The notes: a model not told the origin generated them from the sequence alone. Shown: positions 8,968 through 18,507, numbered from the stretch's first letter. The stretch: 33,009 bases of DNA from Cyanobium sp. ELA507 (GCA_037133235.1 JBAXOO010000001.1:1-33009); one strand, 5' to 3'. A program made the numbers and translations.

Positions 8968-9153
8968 TGTTTCGCCCCGGATGGGTGGGTGTCGTTCCCG
9001 CGGCCGCTCCCTTCTGTGCCTCGCAGGCCGGCTCAGGAGGCAGGCCGAAAAGGGGGGCGGGGCTGGTCGAGCAGCGCCAGCCACTGTTTCTGTCAACTCT
9101 TCTGTCAAAACGCTGGAATCCCTCCCCTTGCAAGGCCTCCGGCGGTTTGCAAG

Positions 9154-9162
9154 TGCTAACTT
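9154..9162 (+). promoter_or_regulatory. Candidate extended -10 promoter of apcF
   Basis: TG-C-TAACTT about 30 nt upstream of the apcF ATG. Confidence 0.45.
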
Positions 9163-9193
9163 CCGCTTCAGGTGCGACGATCCGTTCACTGCC

Positions 9194-9724
9194 ATGCGCG
9201 ATGCCATCACCGGGCTGATTGGCCGTTACGACCAGCTTGGCCGGTACCTCGACCGTTCCGCCATCGATCGGATCGACATCTATTACGCCGAGGCGGCCCT
9301 TCGCCTGGCGGCCGTGGAACTGATCAATGGCGAGGCCGCCACGATCGTGCGCGAGGCCTCCCAGCAGCTGTGGCTTGAGGATCCCGAGCTGATTCTTCCC
9401 GGCGGCAATGCCTACACCACCCGCCGTTTAGCGGCCTGCCTTCGCGATCTCGACTATTTCCTGCGCTACGCCAGTTACGCCCTGATCGCCGATGATGTGA
9501 CCATCCTCGATGAGCGGGTGCTCAACGGTTTGGACGACACCTACAAGAGTCTTGGGGTACCCACCGGCCCCACGGTGCGTGGGATTGCCCTGCTGGGTGA
9601 CGTTGTGGCCCAGCGGCTGGTGGCCGCAGGCATTGCCGATAGCGATCGGGTCAAAGCGGTGGTCTTGGCACCCTTTGATCATCTGGTGCGGGGCCTGGCT
9701 TCCACCAATGTGCGTGCCCGCTGA
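9194..9724 (+). CDS. apcF: Allophycocyanin beta-18 subunit
   Basis: MRDAITGLIGRYDQLGRYLD, PGGNAYTTRRLAACLRDLDYFLRYASYAL with the chromophore Cys, ERVLNGLDDTYKSLGVP. A solitary beta-type apc gene divergent from glnA. Confidence 0.92.
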   Translation: MRDAITGLIGRYDQLGRYLDRSAIDRIDIYYAEAALRLAAVELINGEAATIVREASQQLWLEDPELILPGGNAYTTRRLAACLRDLDYFLRYASYALIADDVTILDERVLNGLDDTYKSLGVPTGPTVRGIALLGDVVAQRLVAAGIADSDRVKAVVLAPFDHLVRGLASTNVRAR

Positions 9725-9919
9725 GGTCGCTCCTTCCTGGGTTCTTCCTTAGACCCCCGCCTTGCAACCCGGCCGATCCGGACCCAGGGACCATGCTTTC
9801 GATCCCCGCTGGTCCAGCGTTTGGCTCGTTTTTTCACACCCGGTTCGGGACCCGGCTAATCACCGGACGTCCCGCCGTTTCCTAATCTCCATCGAACCCC
9901 GTACTCCGCCCTTCCGGTC

Positions 9920-11116
9920 TTGGCCTCCCTCCCCATCCCGACTTCCGTGAACACCACACATCGGCTCGGGCTGGATCCCATCGCCACACCGGAGCGTTTA
10001 CTGCTCGGTCCCGGTCCTTCCAACGCCCATCCGGTGGTGCTTCAGGCCATGGCCCGCATGCCGATTGGTCACCTCGACCCCCTCTACATCGAGTTGATGG
10101 GGGAAGTGCAGGAACTGCTCCGCTACGTCTGGCAGACCGACAACCGGCTCACCATTCCGATGAGTGGCACCGGTAGTGCCGCCATGGAGGCCACCCTGGC
10201 CAACACGGTGGAGCCCGGCGACAAGGTTCTGGTAGCGGTGATGGGCTATTTCGGCCTCCGTCTGGTCGACATGGCCGGCCGTTATCGCGCCGAGGTGGTG
10301 ACCATTGAGCGCCCCTGGGGCGAGGCCTTCAATCTGGCCGAAATCGAGGCGGCCTTGCAGACCCATCAGCCCACCATCCTGGCGATGGTGCACGCCGAGA
10401 CCTCCACGGGGGTTTGCCAGCCCATGGACGGGATCGGTGAACTTTGCCGCAAACACAACTGCCTGTTGCTGCTTGACACTGTCACCTCCCTGGGCGCAGT
10501 GCCCCTCTTCCTTGACGACTGGAAAGTGGATCTGGCCTACAGCTGTAGTCAGAAGGGCCTGAGCTGCCCCCCCGGCCTGGGCCCGTTCACCATGGGACCC
10601 CGGGCCGAAGCCAAGCTCTTGGCCCGGGAAGGCAAGGTGCCCAACTGGTATCTCGATGTGTCTCTCCTCAACCAGTACTGGGGCAGCGATCGGGTGTATC
10701 ACCACACGGCCCCGGTCAACATGAACTTCGGGATGCGGGAGGCCCTGCGGCTGCTGGCCGAGGAGGGAATCGACAACGCCTGGATCCGCCACCGCCGCAA
10801 TGCCGAGCGTCTTTGGGCCGGCCTTGAAGCCCTGGGTCTGGAGCTCCACGTACCCGAGGGACTCCGCCTGCCCACCCTCACCACCGTGAGGATCCCCGAA
10901 GGGGTGGATGGCAAGGCCTTCAGCCGCCATCTCCTCGATCAGTTCGGCATCGAGGTGGGGGGTGGCCTGGGCGCCCTGGCCGGCAAGGTCTGGAGGATCG
11001 GCCTGATGGGCTATAACAGCACCCCCGAAAACGTGGACCGGCTCCTCAACCTGCTCGAAACCGAGCTCCCCGCCTTCCGCCCCAGTGCTGCGCCCGTGGC
11101 CGCCGGGGTGGGCTGA
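9920..11116 (+). CDS. spt: Alanine-glyoxylate / serine-pyruvate aminotransferase (class V PLP)
   Basis: LLLGPGPSN, SGTGSAAMEA, VHAETSTG, SQKGLSCPPG (PLP Lys), YHHT, RIGLMG. Start is TTG 9920 or GTG 9947. Confidence 0.93.
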   Translation: MASLPIPTSVNTTHRLGLDPIATPERLLLGPGPSNAHPVVLQAMARMPIGHLDPLYIELMGEVQELLRYVWQTDNRLTIPMSGTGSAAMEATLANTVEPGDKVLVAVMGYFGLRLVDMAGRYRAEVVTIERPWGEAFNLAEIEAALQTHQPTILAMVHAETSTGVCQPMDGIGELCRKHNCLLLLDTVTSLGAVPLFLDDWKVDLAYSCSQKGLSCPPGLGPFTMGPRAEAKLLAREGKVPNWYLDVSLLNQYWGSDRVYHHTAPVNMNFGMREALRLLAEEGIDNAWIRHRRNAERLWAGLEALGLELHVPEGLRLPTLTTVRIPEGVDGKAFSRHLLDQFGIEVGGGLGALAGKVWRIGLMGYNSTPENVDRLLNLLETELPAFRPSAAPVAAGVG

Positions 11117-11127
11117 AGCCCCGCCGC

Positions 11128-11652
11128 TCAGGCCCCTGCCATGGGCCGGCCCAGCCGCCGCCGTTCATGGAACCACACGCCGAGCTGCTGGCTGGCCTCC
11201 GCCTCGAGCACCTGGCCCACCACCTCCATGGCGTGATGGGCACTGGGATCCTGCGACAGATCCAGGCATCCCCCCAGGGCTCCCCGCTTGGGATCGCCCG
11301 CCCCATACACCACTCGGCCCATGCGTGCCTGCACGAGGGCTCCGGCGCACATTGGGCAGGGTTCAAGGCTCACCACCAGCGTGCAGCCGTTGAACCGCCA
11401 GTCCCCCCGCAGAGCGGCGGCCTGACGCAGGGCCACCAATTCGGCGTGGCCTAAAGGATCTTGGCGGCGGTGGCGGCGGTTGCTGCCCCAGCCAATACAG
11501 CGACCTTCCTCATCGAGAACCACTGCCGCAACAGGAATCTCCCCCTCTCGGCCCACCTGTTCCGCCCGGCGCAGCGCCAGGGCCATCCAGTGTTCCCAGA
11601 CCCCTTTGTTGCCTAACTGGCGGGAGTTCCCGCTGCCTCTGCTGGTCTCCAT
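11128..11652 (-). CDS. tadA: tRNA adenosine(34) deaminase / nucleoside deaminase
   Basis: GEIPVAAV, HAE and LEPCPMCAGA zinc motifs, DPKRGA. Start uncertain (11652 or 11586). Confidence 0.88.
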   Translation of the reverse strand: METSRGSGNSRQLGNKGVWEHWMALALRRAEQVGREGEIPVAAVVLDEEGRCIGWGSNRRHRRQDPLGHAELVALRQAAALRGDWRFNGCTLVVSLEPCPMCAGALVQARMGRVVYGAGDPKRGALGGCLDLSQDPSAHHAMEVVGQVLEAEASQQLGVWFHERRRLGRPMAGA

Positions 11653-11723
11653 CAACTTCTTGTAGCTGGCGGGGGGTGGATTTCCCCGAACCCGCCTGGG
11701 ACTCCTGACCGGTGCCGGGCAGA

Positions 11724-13163
11724 ATGCCCGAACCGATTGCGTTGCCGTTGGCCAGCCTGCCCCAAGCCCCCCAGCCCCTGGCGGCCGCCGGCGCTTCACC
11801 CCCTTTCCCTGATCCATTCCGGGCGGATCCCGCCTTGGCCGCCTTCCTGGCCCAGGCTTCCCAACTGCTCGGCGATTGGTTTGCCGGTGCCGCTTCTGGC
11901 ACGCCCCTCCCCGGCCTGAGCGTGCCGCCGGCCGTGGCGCCGGAAGCCGCCGGCCTGCCGCCCGAGGCCCTGCTGGCCGATCTCCAGCGGCTGCTTGAGG
12001 GGGCCTACAACCCCAACCATCCCGGCGCCCTTGCCCACCTTGACCCTCCCCCGCTGGTCGCCTCGGTGGTGGGTGATCTGATCGCCGCCGGTCTCAATAA
12101 CAACCTCTTGGCCGAGGAGCTCTCCCCCAGCCTCACGCGGCTGGAGCGCAGCCTCTGCGCCTGGTTGGCCCTGCGCCTTGGCCTGCCCCCCGGTGCCGGA
12201 GGGGTGCCGGCCAGCGGCGGCAGCCTCAGCAATCTGATGGCCCTGGTGGTGGCCCGCCACGCTCGCGGTCTCGATGGTGTGGGCAATGCGGTCGTGGTGT
12301 GCAGCGCCGATGCCCATGTCTCCCTCGCCAAGGCGCTGCGGGTGATGGGCCTTCCGGCTTCGGCTCTGCTGGTCATCCCCGTTGACGCAGCCGGGCGCCT
12401 CGATCTCGATCGCCTTAACGACGAATTACGCGCCCTCGAGCGACGTGCCTTTCCAGTGATCGCTGTGGTGGCCACCGCTGGCACCACGGTGCGCGGTGCA
12501 GTGGACCCCCTCGAACCGATCGCTGCGCTTTGCCGTCAGCGGAGCCTGTGGCTCCATGTGGATGGGGCGATCGGGGCGGTGTTCGGCCTGGCTGAGGCCC
12601 ATGCCCACCGGGTGGCGGGTCTGGGGCTGGCCGATTCGATCACGGTCAACCCCCAGAAGGTTCTCGGCATCACCAAGACCTCTTCCCTTTTGTTGCTGGC
12701 CCGCCCGGCCCTCCTGGAGCAGACCTTCGCCACCGGTTTGCCCTACATGGAACCGGGCTGGGGCGGTGCCCACGGTGGCGAAACGGGGCTGCAGGGCACC
12801 AGGCCGGCTGAAATCCTCAAGCTCTGGCTTGGCCTTCGCCAGCTCGGCATGGCCGGCATCGCCAACCTCCTCGACGCTGCCATCGAACGGCGTCGCCAGC
12901 TGGAGGGCTTGCTCGCCGCCGATGGCCGCCTACAGGTGCGGGGGGGCGCTTTCCACTTGCTGGCCTTCCGCCCCGCAGGCCTGGATGCCGAGGCCTGTGA
13001 TCGCTGGAGCCAGCGCACCCGCCAGCAGCTTCTAACAGAGGGCCTGATGTTGTCGCGGCCCCTTTACGCCGGCTTCCACCACCTCAAGGCCGTGCTGGGC
13101 AATCCGCACACGCAGTCTGAGCATCTCGAAGCCCTGGCCGATCAGGTGAGGGCAAGTCTGTGA
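11724..13163 (+). CDS. Group II pyridoxal-dependent decarboxylase
   Basis: SGGSLSNL, AHVS, TAGTTVRGAVDP, WLHVDGAIG, DSITVNPQK (PLP Lys), LKLW. Confidence 0.9.
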   Translation: MPEPIALPLASLPQAPQPLAAAGASPPFPDPFRADPALAAFLAQASQLLGDWFAGAASGTPLPGLSVPPAVAPEAAGLPPEALLADLQRLLEGAYNPNHPGALAHLDPPPLVASVVGDLIAAGLNNNLLAEELSPSLTRLERSLCAWLALRLGLPPGAGGVPASGGSLSNLMALVVARHARGLDGVGNAVVVCSADAHVSLAKALRVMGLPASALLVIPVDAAGRLDLDRLNDELRALERRAFPVIAVVATAGTTVRGAVDPLEPIAALCRQRSLWLHVDGAIGAVFGLAEAHAHRVAGLGLADSITVNPQKVLGITKTSSLLLLARPALLEQTFATGLPYMEPGWGGAHGGETGLQGTRPAEILKLWLGLRQLGMAGIANLLDAAIERRRQLEGLLAADGRLQVRGGAFHLLAFRPAGLDAEACDRWSQRTRQQLLTEGLMLSRPLYAGFHHLKAVLGNPHTQSEHLEALADQVRASL

Positions 13164-13447
13164 GTGAATCGCCGCGTGGGCGCTGGCTGGCGCTGGTCAC
13201 CGGGGCCCTTTCGATCCTGATCGGCTTGCTTTACCTCGCCCTTGTCACCGTGCTGGACCGTCAGGGTCCCCTGCTTCCGCCTCCACCGGAGGCCTTCGGA
13301 TTCCAGGCTCCTTCAGGGGTTGCCCGCCAGGCACCGGCCGGTCCGGTGGACGCGGCGGCAGCCGCAGCCCCTGCTTCTGCAGGGGTTCCACCACCCGCCG
13401 GTAGGCCACGTCCAGAAAGCCCTTCAGCAGACCCTCACGTCGGTTGA
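13160..13447 (+). CDS. Small single-TM hypothetical protein
   Basis: GTG overlaps the decarboxylase stop (GTGA). One TM helix followed by GPLLPPPPEAFG. Confidence 0.65.
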   Translation: MSESPRGRWLALVTGALSILIGLLYLALVTVLDRQGPLLPPPPEAFGFQAPSGVARQAPAGPVDAAAAAAPASAGVPPPAGRPRPESPSADPHVG

Positions 13448-14885
13448 GTTCGTATTCCCGTTGCAGCACCTCAGCCAGGCCGCCGTCGCCCCAGTCCTGG
13501 TCCTGCTGGAAATAGACGATGAAGCTGCGCCCCGCCAGCCGGGTCAGCCAGGCCGCACCCACAGCCTGCACCGCCCGACTCACCATCAGGGCCGGCAGGT
13601 TCAGGGTCAGGGCCGAACTCAGCAGGGCCACGCCCCCCTTGACCAGTCCCAGCCCCGCCAGGCTGCGGCCCACCGTGAGGGCCAGTTCCTGGGCTGAGGC
13701 CCGGCTGAGGGTCACGCCGTAGATCCGGCCGATCTCCACCACCATCTGGGCCTGCACGGCGGCGGTGCCGAGCAGGTCGAGGCCGGGCAGGGGGGTGACC
13801 ACCAGCACCCCGGCGCCGATCCACATATATCGGTCCACGATGGTTTCGGCATCGCTGCGGCGCTGGCGATCCAGCAGGCTGCGGCTGGCCTCCCCCAGCT
13901 GGCGGCATTGCAGCAGGAGATTGTCGGCGATCAGCTCTTCCCCATCGGCATGGAGCACGGCGGCCATGCGGCGAACCAGGGCCTCCACCTCGGGTTGGGG
14001 CTGCAGGGGGCGACCACCGGGCATCGGCACGCTCTGGGGCGAGGCGCTGGCGGCCACCACGTCCTCGGCGGCGATCCGGCCTGCGGTGCGCCGCCGCAGC
14101 AGCTCCACCAGCCGCTGCTCCTCCTGCTCCCCGCGCAGGTCGCATTTGTTGAGCACCAGCAGCAGCCGTTTGCCGAGGCTGGCCAGGGTGTTGAACACCT
14201 CCATTTCGGCGGCCCGCAAATCCCCATCCACCACCAGAAGGAGCAGATCGGCCCGGGCAGCCTGACGCCGGGCCAGTTCCTCCCGTTGCTGGCCACCGGG
14301 GCCCGATTCGAGGATGCCCGGGGTGTCCTCCAGGATCACCGCCCGTTCAAGGCCCTTCAGCCTGAGGCGGTAGCGGCTGCTGGTGGTGGTGGATCCCATC
14401 GGAGCGCCTACCTGCCCCACCAACTCCTTGAGCAGGGCCCGGATCAAGGAGGTTTTGCCCGCTGAGCCGGTGCCGAACACCACCAAGTGCAGGTCCCCGC
14501 GCTCCAGCTCCGCCTGCATCCTTTGGCGCTCCTGTTGCAGGGCCTCCCGCTCCACCGCATCCCGCACCCGCTCCAGGGTTTGGTCAATGGCGGCGAGGTT
14601 GCGTTCGGCCGCCTCCCGTCGGCTGCCGGGCCGTTCCAGTTGGCGGGCCTTGGCGGCCCGGTCGGTGCGTTGCCGCCGCATCGCCTGCCACCAGGGCCAA
14701 CCCACCTGAGCCACGGCTAGCAGCAGCAACAGCAGAACGACCAGCAAGAGCGGCCCCACCAGCCAGCCCGGCAGCCAGTAGCTGAGCTGCCAGAGGAACA
14801 GGTTCACCGCCTGGAGCACCATGCCGGCCAGCACCAGGGCCAGCAGGCCTAGGCCGATCCAGAGCCATAGACGCCGGGGCACCAT
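13245..14885 (-). CDS. YcjF-family / DUF697 membrane-anchored GTP-binding protein
   Basis: Two N-terminal TM helices, G1 GTGSAGKTS, G3 DTPG, G4 NKCD, and a C-terminal TPLPGLDLL domain. Confidence 0.85.
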   Translation of the reverse strand: MVPRRLWLWIGLGLLALVLAGMVLQAVNLFLWQLSYWLPGWLVGPLLLVVLLLLLLAVAQVGWPWWQAMRRQRTDRAAKARQLERPGSRREAAERNLAAIDQTLERVRDAVEREALQQERQRMQAELERGDLHLVVFGTGSAGKTSLIRALLKELVGQVGAPMGSTTTSSRYRLRLKGLERAVILEDTPGILESGPGGQQREELARRQAARADLLLLVVDGDLRAAEMEVFNTLASLGKRLLLVLNKCDLRGEQEEQRLVELLRRRTAGRIAAEDVVAASASPQSVPMPGGRPLQPQPEVEALVRRMAAVLHADGEELIADNLLLQCRQLGEASRSLLDRQRRSDAETIVDRYMWIGAGVLVVTPLPGLDLLGTAAVQAQMVVEIGRIYGVTLSRASAQELALTVGRSLAGLGLVKGGVALLSSALTLNLPALMVSRAVQAVGAAWLTRLAGRSFIVYFQQDQDWGDGGLAEVLQREYELNRREGLLKGFLDVAYRRVVEPLQKQGLRLPPRPPDRPVPGGQPLKEPGIRRPPVEAEAGDPDGPAR

Positions 14886-17044
14886 CAGGGGGAAGCGGTG
14901 GAGCTGCGCACGATCTCACCCCACAGCGAGGCGGCCAGATGGCTGCTGCTCTGGGTCGGACGGTTGTCGTCGTTGCCGAGCCATACGCCCATCACCCAGT
15001 GCCGGGCGGGCACGGCCCCCACGAACAGCAGATCGCGGCCCTCGTTGGTGGTGCCGGTTTTGCCCCATACCCCGCCGCCCACCCAAGCGGCTGTACCGGT
15101 GCCGCCGTTGACCACGCCGCGCAGAAGCTCCTGCAGAGTCTTGGCAGTGCTGGCCGCCATGGCCCGCCGGCCGGCCGAGCCCGCCACGCCAGGGCCCTTG
15201 GCGGCCTTCCCCTGCTTCGGCTTGACGCCCTTGCGGCAGGAGCCCTCGGCGGCGCCCGCCGGACAGCCTTCGGCGTCGATGAGGCCGCGGATTGTGCTCG
15301 GTGCATGCCATACCCCGTCATCGGCCACGGCGGCATAGGCCGCCGTGAGTTCGAGCAGGGTCACCTCGCTTTGGCCCAGGGCTAACCCCGGCACCGGCTG
15401 GAGCGGGGTGGTGATGCCGAGATCCCTGGCCTTCTGCACCACCGCATCGAGCCCCACCTTCCGGGCCAGGCGCAGGGCCGCGGTGTTGCTGCTGATCGCT
15501 AGCGCCTGGCGCAGGCTGATCGAGCCGCCACAGCCACTGTCAAACCGTTGGCCCTGCCAGAGGAGGGGGCCGCAGTTCACGGTGTCGCCGGGGCGGGCAC
15601 CCCGCTCAATCGCCACGGTGTAGGGCACCAGCTTGAAGGTGCTGCCCGGCTGGCGCAGGGCCATCGAGGCACGGTTGAACTGGCTCTGCCGGTAGTCCCG
15701 TCCCCCGGCGATTGCCAGGATGCCGCCATTGCGGCTGTCGAGCACCACAACGGCCCCTTCCGAAACGCCGATCGAGCGGTTGGCCTCGATCCTTTCCCGC
15801 AACAGTCGCTCGGTCAGTTCCTGGAGGGCCGGATCTAGGTGGGTATCAACGAGGAAGTTCCCCTCGGCGGCTACATCGGATCCCACCAGGGCATTGAGGT
15901 CGCGCTGCACTTGATCGGTGTAAAAGGGGGCGGCCTGACGGCCCGATCCCCGGCAGGCATCGAGGGCAAGGTCGATGGGTCGGCGGCGTGCTTGGCGGCC
16001 CTGGTCGGCCGTGAGGCGGCCGGTGGCCACCATCTTCAACAGCACCGTGTTGCGGGCCTCCAGGGCGGCCTGGGGCGCGATGCAGGGGTCGTGGCCATAG
16101 GGTGAGGAGAGCAGTCCCACCAGCAGGGCAGCCTCCTCCAGGGCCAGGCCGACGGCTGGTTTGCCGAAGAGCCGCCGCGAGGCATCCTCAAAGCCCCACC
16201 CTGCACCGAGGAACACCCGGTTGAGGTAGGTGAGCAGCAGGTCGGCCTTGCTGAAGCGGGCTTCCAGCTGCAGGGCCACCAGTAGCTCGCGCCATTTCCG
16301 CCCCAGGTTTTCGCCCTGGCCCACCTCGGCGGGGTAAAGGCTGCGGGCCAGCTGCTGGGTCAGGGTGCTGCCCCCTTCCAAGACGCGGCCGCCGAACAGG
16401 TTGGTGACCAAGGCCCGGCCCGTGCCGATCGGATCAATGCCGGGATGCCACCAGAAGCGACTGTCCTCACTGGCCAGCACCGCATCGGTGAGCACCTTGG
16501 GATAGCCCTGCAGGTTGGCCTGCTCGCGGTGGCGGCGGTCATCGGCGGAGGCGATCGGTCGGTCGGCCCGGTCGTAGAGCAGAACCGGCCCCCGCACCGT
16601 GGCGAGGCTGCCGCGGATGGGAACCTGTAGAGCCGCCAGCAGCAGGACCAGGAGACCACCCCCTGCCCCGGCGGCCAGGGCGGTGACGGCCAGCCTCCCG
16701 AGGCGTCGCCCCCGCCGACCGCCGGGCTCCTCAAAGCGAACGTCCGGCAAATTGGCCTGCTCCGCAGGGCCCAGCCGCACCTGGTCGCCATCGCGCAGCA
16801 GCAACTCGGCCACCCGTTGTCCCTGCCACCAAAGGCCGTTGGTGGATCCGGCATCGCTGAGCAACCAGTGCCCCCCGCGCCGCTCCAGCAGGGCATGGCG
16901 GCGGCTCACGGCGGGTTGGGGGAGCACCACCTCGCCATCGGGATCCCGGCCGATCCGGTAGAGGCTGCCGTGCAACGGGATCAAGAGGTCCTGCTGATCG
17001 GCCTGGTGGACCGTCAATTGGGGGGTGGATCCGCCGTCAGTCAT
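14885..17044 (-). CDS. Class A penicillin-binding protein with N-terminal FHA domain
   Basis: FHA motifs IGR, VSRRHA, GSTNG, then a TM helix. Transglycosylase EDSRF/GGSTLTQQ/RKWRE. Transpeptidase STFK, SSN, KTG. Confidence 0.92.
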   Translation of the reverse strand: MTDGGSTPQLTVHQADQQDLLIPLHGSLYRIGRDPDGEVVLPQPAVSRRHALLERRGGHWLLSDAGSTNGLWWQGQRVAELLLRDGDQVRLGPAEQANLPDVRFEEPGGRRGRRLGRLAVTALAAGAGGGLLVLLLAALQVPIRGSLATVRGPVLLYDRADRPIASADDRRHREQANLQGYPKVLTDAVLASEDSRFWWHPGIDPIGTGRALVTNLFGGRVLEGGSTLTQQLARSLYPAEVGQGENLGRKWRELLVALQLEARFSKADLLLTYLNRVFLGAGWGFEDASRRLFGKPAVGLALEEAALLVGLLSSPYGHDPCIAPQAALEARNTVLLKMVATGRLTADQGRQARRRPIDLALDACRGSGRQAAPFYTDQVQRDLNALVGSDVAAEGNFLVDTHLDPALQELTERLLRERIEANRSIGVSEGAVVVLDSRNGGILAIAGGRDYRQSQFNRASMALRQPGSTFKLVPYTVAIERGARPGDTVNCGPLLWQGQRFDSGCGGSISLRQALAISSNTAALRLARKVGLDAVVQKARDLGITTPLQPVPGLALGQSEVTLLELTAAYAAVADDGVWHAPSTIRGLIDAEGCPAGAAEGSCRKGVKPKQGKAAKGPGVAGSAGRRAMAASTAKTLQELLRGVVNGGTGTAAWVGGGVWGKTGTTNEGRDLLFVGAVPARHWVMGVWLGNDDNRPTQSSSHLAASLWGEIVRSSTASP

Positions 17045-17600
17045 GGCGATCGGGGCGGTTACCCCCCCTGGAACCCTGCAGCGAGGGCTTGGAGGGCCGA
17101 AGAAGGGGAAGCAGTTGGTCAAGCAGCAGGCAGGCCACTGCCAGGTTGATCGCCACATCCGCCAGGTTGAACACCGGGAACGACACCGGCACGAAGGCAA
17201 GGAAATCGATCACCGCCCCATGGCGCCAGCGGTCGATGCCGTTGCCGGCGGCTCCCCCCAGCAGGAAGCCGACGGCCAGGGTCAGCCAGATTCCCCGTGG
17301 GGGTGCCAGCAGGATCCAGGCCAGCAGCGCCGCACTCACCAGCAGACTCACCAGGCCGAGGGCCTCGGTGGAGCCACTGAACAAGCTGAAGGCGGCCCCG
17401 GTGTTGCGGACCGAATGGAGCTCCAGCAAGCCCGGCAGAAAGGGCCGCACCACCCCCACACGCAGATGGGCCCCAACCCAGTGCTTGCTGAGTTGGTCGG
17501 CCAGAAGAACCCCAGCGGCTAGCCCAAGGGGGAGGATGCGGCGGTTGCGTTCGCTGTCGCCGGGATCTCTGGGGCGGGCTTGGGCCTGGCGGCTGGTCAC
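17037..17600 (-). CDS. lspA: Lipoprotein signal peptidase II
   Basis: DQLSK, NTGAAFSL, GGAAGNGIDR, VIDF, FPVFNLAD. Confidence 0.96.
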   Translation of the reverse strand: MTSRQAQARPRDPGDSERNRRILPLGLAAGVLLADQLSKHWVGAHLRVGVVRPFLPGLLELHSVRNTGAAFSLFSGSTEALGLVSLLVSAALLAWILLAPPRGIWLTLAVGFLLGGAAGNGIDRWRHGAVIDFLAFVPVSFPVFNLADVAINLAVACLLLDQLLPLLRPSKPSLQGSRGGNRPDRHD

Positions 17601-18178
17601 GGGGTCACCAGCAGGATCCGGCGCAGCACCCAGGCCAGCAGGCCGGCGGCGCAGCAGAGCACCAACTGGGGCAGCACCGCCAGGCCATAGCCCACCAGCA
17701 GGGGCAGCAGGGAAGTGCCCCAGCGCCCTGCCAGGGCCCCCAGCAGCAGATTCGCCAGACCGCAGAGTTGCAGCAACAGCAACCCCACCACGGCCGCCCC
17801 GGTGAGGGCCAGGGGATCATCCATGTCGCTTTGGCGGGCGAGCTTGCCGGTGATCCAGCCCGCCGGCACAAAACCGGCCAGGTAGCCGAACCCGGGATCG
17901 AGCAGATACCCCAACCCCCCTCCTTCCTGGAACACCGGCAGCTGGAAGAGCCCCACGCTCAGGTAGGCCATCGCCGCCAGCAGCGCACTGCGGGGCCCGG
18001 CCACCAGGGCGGCCAGCAGCAGGGCCGGCACCTGAAGGGTGATGCCAAGGGGGCGCAGGCTCCAGCCTTCGGCATCGGGAAAGGGGATGGCGGCGGGGAT
18101 GAGCCCACCGGCCACGATCAGCAGGAGGCCGGCGATCGCTCCGCTCCAGGTGGCAAGGGCCCGCACGACACACTCCAT
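17597..18178 (-). CDS. bioY: Biotin transporter BioY
   Basis: ITLQVP, AYLSVGLFQLPVF..GGG..Y...PGFGYLAGF. Confidence 0.9.
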   Translation of the reverse strand: MECVVRALATWSGAIAGLLLIVAGGLIPAAIPFPDAEGWSLRPLGITLQVPALLLAALVAGPRSALLAAMAYLSVGLFQLPVFQEGGGLGYLLDPGFGYLAGFVPAGWITGKLARQSDMDDPLALTGAAVVGLLLLQLCGLANLLLGALAGRWGTSLLPLLVGYGLAVLPQLVLCCAAGLLAWVLRRILLVTP

Positions 18179-18231
18179 GGCTTACGGCCCATCCTGCTCC
18201 AGCTAGGTTCGGCTGAGAAGGGCCAGAGGCC

Positions 18232-18507
18232 ATGCCGGGTAACCAGAGCGATAGGGCCCCGGAGGTTGCCGTTGAGGCGGCGATTCCTTCCCACCGCTAT
18301 GGCGTGGGGGAGCAGGTGCGGATCGCCCAGCCGCCCCGCTATTTCAAAACCGCCGATCCGATGCCGATGCTGCGGCCCCCTGACCTGGTGGACGCCGACG
18401 AGGTGGGTGTGGTGAGTGAGGTTCGGGCTGGAGATCAGTTGGCGGTGCGCTTCCGTCGGGGCACCTTTCTGCTGGCTGCCGCCGACCTCACACCGGCCGC
18501 AGGCTGA
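18232..18507 (+). CDS. sipA: SipA (NblS/Hik33-interacting protein, DUF3148)
   Basis: PPRYFKTADPMPMLRPPDLV...VRFRRGTFLL signature. Confidence 0.8.
   Translation: MPGNQSDRAPEVAVEAAIPSHRYGVGEQVRIAQPPRYFKTADPMPMLRPPDLVDADEVGVVSEVRAGDQLAVRFRRGTFLLAAADLTPAAG

Noticed and set aside
8883-9193. N-terminal extensions of glnA (to 8966) and apcF (from 8888)
   Set aside because: They run through promoter elements and precede the recognisable family N-termini.
9725-9919. NtcA site or sRNA upstream of spt
   Set aside because: No GTA-N8-TAC and no convincing terminator or stem was found.
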